64,000 nt of DNA from Rhodothermales bacterium (lineage in GTDB: Bacteria; Bacteroidota; Rhodothermia; Rhodothermales; VXPQ01), in the NCBI GenBank assembly GCA_022821845.1, contig JAJECT010000018.1, positions 20,306-84,305 on the forward strand, read 5' to 3'. A model generated the notes under the pieces. The model did not search any database. It saw nothing but the letters and a program-made list of their open reading frames with translations, and had not been told where the DNA came from. Position numbers and translations under genes: made by a program. How positions within the stretch are numbered: the first letter of the stretch is position 1; every line of letters starts with the position of its first letter. Below, one piece after another: positions 1-8,418 of the stretch.

Positions 1-1
1 G

Positions 2-496
2 GCGCCGGGTCTGCGGCGGCTCGACAAATGGGCGGTCCGGCTGGGCGGCGGCGCAAACCACCGGCTGGGCCTCGACGATATGTTTCTCATCAAGGATAAC
101 CACATCGCCGCCGCCGGGGGCGTGGCGAAAGCGTTGCGGGCGGCGGAGCGGTACCGGCGGACGCGCGGCCTGTCGATACCTATCGAGATCGAAACCCGCA
201 CGCTCGACGAAGTGCGGGAAGCGCTGCGGGCGGAAATGCTAAACGCCGGGCGCGGCGACCGCATTCTTCTGGACAATATGGTAGACCTGTCTGCGGACGG
301 CAAGCCGGACGTATCGCGTCTCCGGGAAGCCATGTCCCTCGTTGCCGGACAGATTCCCGCTGAAGTGTCCGGCAACGTAACCCTCGGCACGGTGCGGGCG
401 ATCGCCGAAACGGGCGTACAGTATATTTCCTGCGGCGCCCTGACCCATTCTGTCGAAGCCCTGGACCTTTCGCTGCAACTGCGCATCGCATCATGA
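2..496 (+). CDS. nadC: Nicotinate-nucleotide (quinolinate) pyrophosphorylase, C-terminal part; the 5' end lies outside the window
   Basis: The frame is open from base 2. The translation ...DKWAVRLGGGANHRLGLDDMFLIKDNHI...ILLDNM...EVSGNVTL...ISCGALTHS carries the conserved NadC C-terminal motifs. The ATG at 80 in the ORF track is therefore internal. Confidence 0.9.
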   Translation, partial: APGLRRLDKWAVRLGGGANHRLGLDDMFLIKDNHIAAAGGVAKALRAAERYRRTRGLSIPIEIETRTLDEVREALRAEMLNAGRGDRILLDNMVDLSADGKPDVSRLREAMSLVAGQIPAEVSGNVTLGTVRAIAETGVQYISCGALTHSVEALDLSLQLRIAS

Positions 497-550
497 TTAC
501 GCCGATCAAAGCCGTCTCGCTCTTGCGCGCCGAACAGACAACACGTTTGC

Positions 551-593
551 GTAATACGTTGTAACGACATTGTAATTACGTTGTAATGACATT
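551..593. promoter_or_regulatory. Tandem 21/22-bp direct repeat upstream of, and overlapping the first ATG of, the ROK kinase gene; candidate operator
   Basis: GTAATACGTTGTAACGACATT (551-571) is followed directly by GTAATTACGTTGTAATGACATT (572-593). It lies in the nadC-ROK intergenic region and is AT-rich relative to its surroundings. Confidence 0.4.
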
Positions 594-1575
594 AGCAATA
601 CGCCGCATGGACCAGACCGAAAGCACATTGGGGCGCAATGCGCCTGCCCGATATGGCGGCGTAGAAGCCGGCGGCACAAAGTTCGTATGCGCGATCGGGG
701 ACGCTTCGCTGACCTTGCTCGAACGGGTCGAATTTCCTACCACGACGCCCGACGAAACGCTCGACCGGACGATAGACTTTTTCCGGTCCCGGGCAGGAAA
801 CGGCGGATTGGCCGCCCTGGGCATCGGCTCCTTCGGACCGGTAGACCCCCGTCCCGACTCCCCGGCCTGGGGGTATATCACCACCACGCCGAAGGCTGGA
901 TGGCGCCACACGGATTTTGCGGGCCGCCTGCGGCGGGCGCTGGGCGTACCCGTCGGATTCGACACGGATACGAACGCCGCCGCCCTCGGCGAGGGTACGC
1001 TTGGCGCAGCACAGGGCTTGCATACGTTCGTCTACCTGACCATTGGGACAGGGGTAGGCGGCGGCGCGCTGGTCGGCGGCAAGCGCGTCCACGGCTTGTT
1101 GCACCCGGAAATGGGGCACATGCTGCTGCCGCGCGCCGAAGGCGACGATTTCGAGGGCGTGTGTCCCTTTCACGGCGATTGCCTCGAAGGCATGGTCTCC
1201 GGCCCTGCGCTGTACGCCCGCGCAGGGGCCCCGCCGAACCGCCTGCCCCCCGACCACGAAATATGGACCTATGTAACGCACTATCTCTCCGCCGCGCTGG
1301 TAAATATTACGTACGTCCTTTCCCCGCAACGCATTATCCTCGGCGGGGGCGTCATGCATCAGCGCCATTTGTTTCCGCGTATCCGGCAGGGCGTAGAGCG
1401 CCTCCTCGCCGGCTACCTGCAAAGCCCGGAAATCACTGCGCATCCGGAAACGTTCATTGTGCCTCCGGGACTGGGGGACAACGCCGGCGTGGTGGGTTCG
1501 CTGGCGCTGGCCCGCCTCGCCGCCGAACAAGCCGTCTCCCGGGAACAGAAACATTCCGCCAAAAGAACCATTTGA
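586..1575 (+). CDS. ROK-family sugar kinase (fructokinase/Mak-like)
   Basis: It has the N-terminal ATP-binding motif GGVEAGGTKF. It also has the ROK zinc motif region HPEMGH...CPFHGDCLEG. The true start may be the ATG at 607, because 586 lies inside the upstream repeat. Confidence 0.85.
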   Translation: MTLAIRRMDQTESTLGRNAPARYGGVEAGGTKFVCAIGDASLTLLERVEFPTTTPDETLDRTIDFFRSRAGNGGLAALGIGSFGPVDPRPDSPAWGYITTTPKAGWRHTDFAGRLRRALGVPVGFDTDTNAAALGEGTLGAAQGLHTFVYLTIGTGVGGGALVGGKRVHGLLHPEMGHMLLPRAEGDDFEGVCPFHGDCLEGMVSGPALYARAGAPPNRLPPDHEIWTYVTHYLSAALVNITYVLSPQRIILGGGVMHQRHLFPRIRQGVERLLAGYLQSPEITAHPETFIVPPGLGDNAGVVGSLALARLAAEQAVSREQKHSAKRTI

Positions 1576-1708
1576 TTCAGTATCCTTAACAAACGAACAG
1601 GCGGCGAACCCGCGCTCGCCTACTTTACGTCCTTCCCCTTTCAGAACCTCTTTGCATGCAGCGAGCGCTACGGCACCAGCATCTACAACGTAACGACGCA
1701 GCGTCTCC

Positions 1709-3118
1709 ATGTTACAAGAGCAAAGCCGGCTGTTTCAGCGCATCCTGTTCGCCGTCGATCTGGCCCTGATCGTCATCGGGTGGATTCTCGCTTGGTTCGT
1801 CCGTTTCGAAGTCCTTGCGTGGGCGAATTTCCTGCCGCCGGCCGGGGTGATTCCTCTTTCGCGGTATCTCGCCTTTCTGCCGTGGGTACTCATCGTCTCC
1901 ATGACCGTGTTCTGGTTTTCCGGTCTGTACGCCCCGGATCGCCTGCAACGCATGACGCATCTCGTGCTCAGCGTCACCAAGGCCGTCGTCATGGGCCTGA
2001 TCGTGGTCACGGCCTCGCTATCCTTCTACCGCGAGTTGTCCTTCTCGCGTCTGCACATGATGCTTTTTGGCGTCGCCACCCCGGCGCTGATGGTGTTTGC
2101 CCGCCTCGCTATGTATATGGCGCTCCGGCGCGCGCAGAAGCGAGGGATGCACCTGCGGCGCGTACTCATCCTGGGGGCGGGGGACGCCGGACGGAAACTG
2201 GGAGAAGCCTTGCGGCAGTATCCCTGGATCGGGTTCGAGGTTGCGGGCTTCCTTGACGACCACAAAAAAGACCAGGAAGACGTACTGGGCGGCGTTTCGG
2301 AGGCCGTGGCGGTCGTGGATCGTTTCCAGCGCGAAAATCGGCCCATACATTATGTCTATATCGCCCTTCCGCTCACGGTCCTGCATCGCATCGAGCCGGT
2401 CGTGAACGAACTGTCCACCCGGCTGGCGCACGTCTGCCTCGTCCCGGACCTGTTTCATTTCGACATTGTGAACAGCCGGGTCACCAGCGTGGAGGGCCTG
2501 CCGATCATCCATCTGATCGACGAAGCGCCGCTGGAATTCGCTCGCGTCACGAAGCGCATCGTGGACATGGTTTTCGCTACGGCGGCGCTTGTCTTGCTGT
2601 CCCCGCTCATGCTCTTGCTCGCCATCGGCGTGAAGTTGTCCTCGCCCGGCCCAGTGTTTTACAAACAGAGCCGGATGGGGCTGAACGGACGCACGTTCGA
2701 CATGCTGAAGTTCCGCTCCATGCCCGTGGACGCCGAAGCCGCTACCGGCGCCGTATGGGCGCAGCCGGGCGAGAAGCGAGCCACCCGACTCGGCGCGCTC
2801 ATGCGTCGCACCTCGCTCGACGAATTGCCGCAATTCATCAATGTGCTCAAGGGAGATATGTCCGTCGTGGGGCCGCGACCCGAACGGCCTGTGTTCATCG
2901 AGCAATTCCGGGGTCGCGTACCCCGCTACATGCTGCGGCACAAAATGAAGGCGGGTATTACAGGCTGGGCGCAAGTAAACGGGTGGCGAGGCGACACGTC
3001 CATTGAAAAGCGCATCGAATACGACCTGTACTATATCCGAAACTGGTCCCTCCGCCTGGACGTAAAGATCATGGTGATGACGCTCTGGTCCGGTTTCGTG
3101 AACAAGAATGCGTATTGA
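1709..3118 (+). CDS. Polyprenyl-phosphate hexose-1-phosphate transferase (WbaP/WcaJ-type bacterial sugar transferase)
   Basis: It has N-terminal TM helices. The C-terminal sugar-transferase domain shows SPGPVFYKQSRMG, FDMLKFRSM, LDELPQFINVLKGDMSVVGPRP and YDLYYIRNWSL. Confidence 0.9.
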   Translation: MLQEQSRLFQRILFAVDLALIVIGWILAWFVRFEVLAWANFLPPAGVIPLSRYLAFLPWVLIVSMTVFWFSGLYAPDRLQRMTHLVLSVTKAVVMGLIVVTASLSFYRELSFSRLHMMLFGVATPALMVFARLAMYMALRRAQKRGMHLRRVLILGAGDAGRKLGEALRQYPWIGFEVAGFLDDHKKDQEDVLGGVSEAVAVVDRFQRENRPIHYVYIALPLTVLHRIEPVVNELSTRLAHVCLVPDLFHFDIVNSRVTSVEGLPIIHLIDEAPLEFARVTKRIVDMVFATAALVLLSPLMLLLAIGVKLSSPGPVFYKQSRMGLNGRTFDMLKFRSMPVDAEAATGAVWAQPGEKRATRLGALMRRTSLDELPQFINVLKGDMSVVGPRPERPVFIEQFRGRVPRYMLRHKMKAGITGWAQVNGWRGDTSIEKRIEYDLYYIRNWSLRLDVKIMVMTLWSGFVNKNAY

Positions 3119-3129
3119 GGGGGGGGGGG
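3119..3129. repeat. Homopolymeric G11 tract immediately after the sugar-transferase stop codon
   Basis: Read directly: TGA (3116-3118) is followed by 11 consecutive G. Confidence 0.9.
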
Positions 3130-3217
3130 ATTCGGGCGCAGGTGCGCGGGGCGGACGAGGCAAAATAATGGAATGGAAGGCGGGCAGAGCCTGTGGTTGC
3201 GCGGCGGGGGCGTGGAC

Positions 3218-3242
3218 TTTTGTACAATTTATTTTGTACAAT
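3218..3242. promoter_or_regulatory. Two copies of TTTTGTACAAT, each containing the palindrome TTGTACAA, spaced 14 bp apart upstream of the helicase gene; candidate operator
   Basis: TTTTGTACAAT occurs at 3218-3228 and again at 3232-3242. TTGTACAA is self-complementary. The pair sits about 130 bp upstream of the TTG start at 3372 in an AT-rich patch. Confidence 0.35.
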
Positions 3243-3371
3243 ACGTAACGATTTGCAAGAAATGCGGAGACGTTATATTATTCGGGATAAGTCCAGGAGG
3301 CGACGCATGGGATTGCGGCGCCCTGGACGCCCTGATCGCCTTCCCCCACACGCGACCACCGCATAAAGACC

Positions 3372-6300
3372 TTGCCGGACAAGATTCTCAACATTGGCAT
3401 AGGGCATCTGTTTGCTACGTACAACCAGTCCGACCGAAACGCGATTTTTCATATCGCTGGAATGCGGTATTCAGAGGAAAGCGTACCTGAAGAAAAAGAC
3501 TGGATCACGGATCCGGGGCATCGCCTCACGCGGCGTCTCTACGAACAAAGCAGAATCGGCAAGGTCATCCTGGAGGGAAAGCCATCCTGGACAGAAGCAA
3601 AGCCAGACATCGTTGCCTTCTTCAGCGAATTGGACGTGCTTTTCCTGTACGACCGGGAAAACCAGAAGGAATGGTTCGAGCGCGTTGTCCTGAAAGATGC
3701 GCCCAAACCTCCTGTTTGCATTGATCTCCTTGAAATGCATCGCTTTTTCTGTCCAGACCGCGATCTTCCGGACAGAAAAAACCTGTCGGAGCCCAACCTT
3801 TCGGACGACGAAGCCCTGATCCGGCAATTCGTTTCGCAAGCGGAAATAAATCGCTCCGATCCCCGGCTGCCTTTCCTTGTGCGCAGCCTCGGCGGCGTAT
3901 TGCAGGATATCGTGTCCCGCATTCGCTCCGAATCGGAAGCACAGCAAGGAAAACACCTCGTGTACACCTTGCTCGGAAGGGCCCTGAACGCAGGAGAAGC
4001 CGCCACGCCGCCCCCTGCGTTTCGGGATTTCGAAGCCTTGTTTCAGGTGGCAGGCATGGCGCACCGGATCCAATGGAACAAGAATTCTCTTTTCGCCAAT
4101 CCCTATGGAGACGAGGCGCTCCAAATAATCCAGGACACGGATTTCTCGAAAGACCCCGCTATCGAAGGCGATACGCGCAAACAGAGAAATTGGCTGATCC
4201 AGGAATGGAGCAAGTTACTGGCCGAGGAAGCAAAGCAAGGCTATGAGGCCGTACCCCGCCGGAAACCAATCGATCCGAAAAATCCCCCTCGCGTGGCGAG
4301 GCCTGTCGTCCATGCCGAGCGCGTAGACGAGGCTTTTAACTGGCTGATCGAAAAAGAAAACTTAAAGCCTCGCAAAGAACAACAGGATTATGCCCGTTTC
4401 TGCACTGAGGCTATCAACCAAGGGGGATCGTACGCCATTGAGGCCGGAACCGGTACCGGCAAAACACTGGGCTATCTGATACCAGCCTCCGAATGCATCC
4501 GGCAAAGCCAGGCCATGGCCGCGGAGGACATGGAGGATGGCGAGGACGTGGAGGCCGGAAAGGTTATTATCGCCACCGCCACGAAAAACCTGCAGGACCA
4601 CCTTCTGGACAAGGAATGGCGGCGCCTTGCCCAAACCGGATCGCTTTATCAGGATTTCAAGGCGGCGCCGCTCAAAGGCAAAAACAACTTTCTGTGCATT
4701 ACCGCTGTGGCGGACATTTTTGGAGAAACATACACACCACGAGCCCGAAGAAATCATAAAAGTACTGAAAAGACATCCCCGGACGACGAAGCGCAAAAGC
4801 GGCTTGCCTGGTTATTGTTATTCCTTGTTCTGATACATAACCGAGGGGAAACAGAGAGCATTCCCCGGCGTTTTTTCCGATCCCGATTTCCTGATCTGGA
4901 CGATTTTCTAAGCGAAACGAAGGCGGACATAGCCTGTACGCCCGGCCTGTGCCGCATGGGCGCATCCTGTATCTATCCCCGACACCTGCAAGAAGCCCAA
5001 AAGGCAGATATTGTAGTCACGAATCACTACAAGCTTCCCCTTATGGATAGCCAGATACAGGCGCTGGGACATACATGCCTGATCGACGAGGCGGATCAAT
5101 TCCCGGACAATCTGCGCAATGCAGCCACCGTCGAATTTTCCAGTTACGACATTCGACGACATTTCCTGCAACGCATCCAGGGCTCCGCAAATCGTCGCGG
5201 ATTCGCAGATATCCTGGAAGATCGTTTCCTGAAAATGCAAGAATCCGGCAACGACGATATAAATAAAAAAGACATCGATAACGCGCTGGATCATATTCGA
5301 TCTATTCTTGTGTCCTGCGAGGCCATAGAACATTGCTCGAATACCATTGAAAATATATTGCAAAATAGCGGGAAATTTCAAAATAATAATACCGATGAAA
5401 AAAGATGGATTGAATTTGGAGATAATGTTGAAAAAACATTACAAAATAATCTTTCTGATTTGACTGAACATTGTAAAAAAGTTGCTCTGTGCTGGAATGA
5501 TATGTCAGAGATTAAAATATATGGAAATATTAATAATTCGCAACAAAAATATGAAAAAAATCGTATAATAAAATATATGCGTTATGCAAATGATTTATCA
5601 AACAAAGCCAATGAAATTAAAAATGATTACCCTTCTAATAATTATGTTCATGTTTGTTCTTGTAAATATTTTAAATATTCAGATTGGAAATTGAAAAAAA
5701 TTCCGTACAATCTATCTAAGATAGTTCAGACAACCTGTTGCGATCCATATCCTGCAACGATATTTACTTCGGCTACTTTATTCGTAGACGAAAAACTCGA
5801 TTTGTTTTCCACTGAGCTGGGCATTTCGTTTGGTGGAGATATGCGGCGACGCATTTCATCTCCTTTCGCATATGAGAAACAGGTCCAGGGATTCGTGACC
5901 ACTTCGGTTTCAATGGTTCCCAATTCCAAAGATGGTTACGAAAAAAGTATGCAATGGCGCAAAGAGGCCGCCTATGCTATCGCCCGCTTCGCCGTGGCGC
6001 TAAACGGACGTACCCTGGTCCTGTTCACCAACACAAAAGAAATGGCAAATATCTTTGAACAAGTGAAACCCACGCTCGAAAGATACGGTATCGAGCCTCT
6101 GCTACAGGACGGAAGCAGCCTTGCTGAAATAAATATTTTTCGCTCCACGAATCAAAGCGTACTTTTCGGCGTGAATCGATTCTGGACCGGGGTAGATTTC
6201 CCGGGATCTACCCTCTCTCAAGTGATCGTGGTACGCTTGCCTAATCCAAGATGGAAAGGCGATCCCCTGATAGATCACCGAAAATGTCATATGGAATATG

Positions 6301-6638
6301 ATGAATTTCTGGAAAAATATTACCGCCCCGTCTCCAAGTTACGATTGCGACAGGGCTTCGGACGCCTTATCCGCAAGGAAGATGACAAGGGTCTGTTCGT
6401 GGTGCTGGATCAGCGGATCTGGTCTAAAGAACACATGCGCGATATGCAAAACGCCGTGCCCATCCCCCTCCAGCGCCGTTCCACCGAACCGGACGCAATG
6501 GAGGACTGGTTTATCAAAGAGGGGCTGGCGCATTTGGGTTTGACACCAGAATTCAAGCAGCGCAATATTGACCTGCGAAACATAAAAATTACCAGCAAAC
6601 CACGCCCTGCCCCAAGGAGACCTGGCCAAAGAAGATGA
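3372..6638 (+). CDS. DinG/XPD (Rad3)-family Fe-S DNA helicase with an N-terminal extension of about 340 aa
   Basis: Walker A is AGTGTGKTLGYL and motif II is LIDEADQF. The Fe-S cysteines are FLC...IAC-x4-C-x5-C (CTPGLCRMGASC). The C-terminal motifs are TSATL, FWTGVDFPG and QGFGRLIRKEDDKG. The annotated start is TTG. Confidence 0.85.
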   Translation: MPDKILNIGIGHLFATYNQSDRNAIFHIAGMRYSEESVPEEKDWITDPGHRLTRRLYEQSRIGKVILEGKPSWTEAKPDIVAFFSELDVLFLYDRENQKEWFERVVLKDAPKPPVCIDLLEMHRFFCPDRDLPDRKNLSEPNLSDDEALIRQFVSQAEINRSDPRLPFLVRSLGGVLQDIVSRIRSESEAQQGKHLVYTLLGRALNAGEAATPPPAFRDFEALFQVAGMAHRIQWNKNSLFANPYGDEALQIIQDTDFSKDPAIEGDTRKQRNWLIQEWSKLLAEEAKQGYEAVPRRKPIDPKNPPRVARPVVHAERVDEAFNWLIEKENLKPRKEQQDYARFCTEAINQGGSYAIEAGTGTGKTLGYLIPASECIRQSQAMAAEDMEDGEDVEAGKVIIATATKNLQDHLLDKEWRRLAQTGSLYQDFKAAPLKGKNNFLCITAVADIFGETYTPRARRNHKSTEKTSPDDEAQKRLAWLLLFLVLIHNRGETESIPRRFFRSRFPDLDDFLSETKADIACTPGLCRMGASCIYPRHLQEAQKADIVVTNHYKLPLMDSQIQALGHTCLIDEADQFPDNLRNAATVEFSSYDIRRHFLQRIQGSANRRGFADILEDRFLKMQESGNDDINKKDIDNALDHIRSILVSCEAIEHCSNTIENILQNSGKFQNNNTDEKRWIEFGDNVEKTLQNNLSDLTEHCKKVALCWNDMSEIKIYGNINNSQQKYEKNRIIKYMRYANDLSNKANEIKNDYPSNNYVHVCSCKYFKYSDWKLKKIPYNLSKIVQTTCCDPYPATIFTSATLFVDEKLDLFSTELGISFGGDMRRRISSPFAYEKQVQGFVTTSVSMVPNSKDGYEKSMQWRKEAAYAIARFAVALNGRTLVLFTNTKEMANIFEQVKPTLERYGIEPLLQDGSSLAEINIFRSTNQSVLFGVNRFWTGVDFPGSTLSQVIVVRLPNPRWKGDPLIDHRKCHMEYDEFLEKYYRPVSKLRLRQGFGRLIRKEDDKGLFVVLDQRIWSKEHMRDMQNAVPIPLQRRSTEPDAMEDWFIKEGLAHLGLTPEFKQRNIDLRNIKITSKPRPAPRRPGQRR

Positions 6639-6714
6639 CCGGCAAGGGATATACCATAGCGAGACGCCCGCCGCGCCAACGCAGCCCGTACACTGAAGCC
6701 CATATCCCGTCGTC

Positions 6715-8388
6715 ATGAGCTGGGTAATTGGATTCGTTGGCAGCGCGCCGGACGCCGATGTAGCCGAAGCGCACGACGCTCCGCGATACGGCGTGCAGGA
6801 ATCCGGGGTGTACGCCCAGGCGGGTGGATTGGCGCTGACCTGTGCAGGCGGCGCCCTGCCGAACGGCGGTTCGTTTCTGATAACCGGGCTGGCGGCGGCA
6901 AACGGAACCGTACTGACGCGCGACGACTGGGCCGACCGGCTGAATCCTCCGAAACCCAACCTGCGCGATCTGGACGGTCACTTCGTAGCATTCCGTTGGC
7001 GTTCGGGCCGGGCGGAACTTTTCACCGACCCGCTGGGCGTCCGCACCGCGTACCTGAAGGCATGGCAGGGGGGTACGCTTTTTTGTACGCGCCTGGACTG
7101 GCTCGCAAACATCGTCGGCGGGCTGGACATCAACTTCGCAGCGTTCGGGGCGCACTGGCTTCTGCCGAAACAGCTCACCACGGAGAGTCAGGTACAAAAT
7201 GTCGTACGGCTCGGGCCGGGCGGGCACGCCGTCATAGAGCGCCGACACTTCCAAATGACGGAACAGCCGTGGGAAAGCGAAATCCGCCCCGCCGATCCCG
7301 ATGGCGACGTCTTCGCCGACGCCCTCTCCCAAGCCCTGCGCTGGAAAGGTCCGGTAGCCTGGAGCCTGGGGCTGTCCGGGGGGCTGGATTCGCGGTTGCT
7401 CCTGGCGCTGCATACGCCTGCCGCCGCGCATGTCTGGGGACCGTCGGACCATCCCGACGTGGACATTTCGCAGCGGATTGCCCAAAGCGAAGCCCTGCGT
7501 CACCATATTTTTGCGACCCCCGTTCCCAAAATAGACGAGTGCCTTTCGCTGCTCCGCAAGCACATAGCGCGCGCACAAGTCATTGCCCCTGCCTCGTCTG
7601 TCGCGAACCTTGATCACTATAGCCGATTGCACGCCATGGGCTTGGGCGTGATCGACGGGGGTTTTGGCGGAGTAGCCCGCAGGCAACTCATGAATCGCTT
7701 GCTGGCGCGAAGGGCATTTCGAGGACCCTGGCCCCTGATCATGCAACATTTGTCCATTGACCGAGGGAATATCTTCGCGCCCGAAATTTCAAAAATCATG
7801 CGGACGGGCGCGCTGGCGCAAATTGCAGAGCAGTGGGAGGCGATACCGGAGATAGTGGATCCTGAAAATGCCGTCGATCTTCTTTGTGTACGCATGCAAC
7901 TACCTAATTTTTTTGGATTTGAGCAAAATTATCTGGATGGGGAGGCGGCGTGTTACATGCCCTTTGCGCAGCCCTCGGTGTTAAAAGCGCTATTTCAGGT
8001 ACCGTTGGCGCAACGACGGAATGGGAAACTTTTCCGGCGACTCATAAAGCGTAACTGCGCATCTCTTTCGAGGCATCCGCTGGTCAAGGGAACAATCACC
8101 TATCCCTATGGATTGGGAACGTACGGGACCTATGCCATATCGACGCTCAAAAAGTGTTTGGGGCGGGCGTACAGCGATCCCAGACCGCATCAATTTCTGA
8201 ATGCGATGAAGCCATATGTCCTGGACCTGACCGGAAGCGCGGAGGTGCAAAACTATACGCCCTATGCGCATAAAGCGGTGCGGGCGCTTGCGGAAGCATA
8301 CTATAATGGAGACCTGCGACAGGCTTCCCGTCTGAACTGGTGGCTGACATTCGAAATATGGCGCCAGACGCTATCTGGCAAGCGCTAA
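6715..8388 (+). CDS. Asparagine-synthase-like PP-loop ATP pyrophosphatase without the N-terminal catalytic Cys
   Basis: It has the PP-loop SLGLSGGLDSRLLLAL. The N-terminal AsnB-like fold signature is DGHFVAF...LFTDPLGVRTAY. The N-terminus reads MSWVIGF rather than MCG. Confidence 0.8.
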   Translation: MSWVIGFVGSAPDADVAEAHDAPRYGVQESGVYAQAGGLALTCAGGALPNGGSFLITGLAAANGTVLTRDDWADRLNPPKPNLRDLDGHFVAFRWRSGRAELFTDPLGVRTAYLKAWQGGTLFCTRLDWLANIVGGLDINFAAFGAHWLLPKQLTTESQVQNVVRLGPGGHAVIERRHFQMTEQPWESEIRPADPDGDVFADALSQALRWKGPVAWSLGLSGGLDSRLLLALHTPAAAHVWGPSDHPDVDISQRIAQSEALRHHIFATPVPKIDECLSLLRKHIARAQVIAPASSVANLDHYSRLHAMGLGVIDGGFGGVARRQLMNRLLARRAFRGPWPLIMQHLSIDRGNIFAPEISKIMRTGALAQIAEQWEAIPEIVDPENAVDLLCVRMQLPNFFGFEQNYLDGEAACYMPFAQPSVLKALFQVPLAQRRNGKLFRRLIKRNCASLSRHPLVKGTITYPYGLGTYGTYAISTLKKCLGRAYSDPRPHQFLNAMKPYVLDLTGSAEVQNYTPYAHKAVRALAEAYYNGDLRQASRLNWWLTFEIWRQTLSGKR

Positions 8389-8418
8389 AGGATACGCTGA
8401 TTAAAACCACTACTACTC

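Noticed and set aside
1573-1588. TGATTCAGTATCCTTA directly after the ROK stop codon resembles the MITE right end (AATCAGAGTATCCTAA), so it could be a solo TIR remnant.
   Set aside because: The match needs indels, covers only about 15 nt, and no other part of the element is present. It could be chance.
592-1710. Long antisense ORFs opposite recognised genes. Examples: 592-1710(-), 2018-3241(-), 6589-7749(-), 19709-22495(+), 27748-29241(-), 39643-42336(+), 43736-45169(+), 45437-48064(+), 58601-60757(-), 62085-63632(-).
   Set aside because: These are shadow ORFs typical of GC-rich DNA. Their translations are Arg/Pro/Gly/Ala-rich with no motifs, while the opposite strand encodes clearly recognisable families.
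5340-5740. The AT-rich helicase cassette as a mini-intein.
   Set aside because: It has no Cys/Ser/Thr at the upstream junction with block A/B motifs, and no His-Asn followed by Cys/Ser/Thr at the downstream end.
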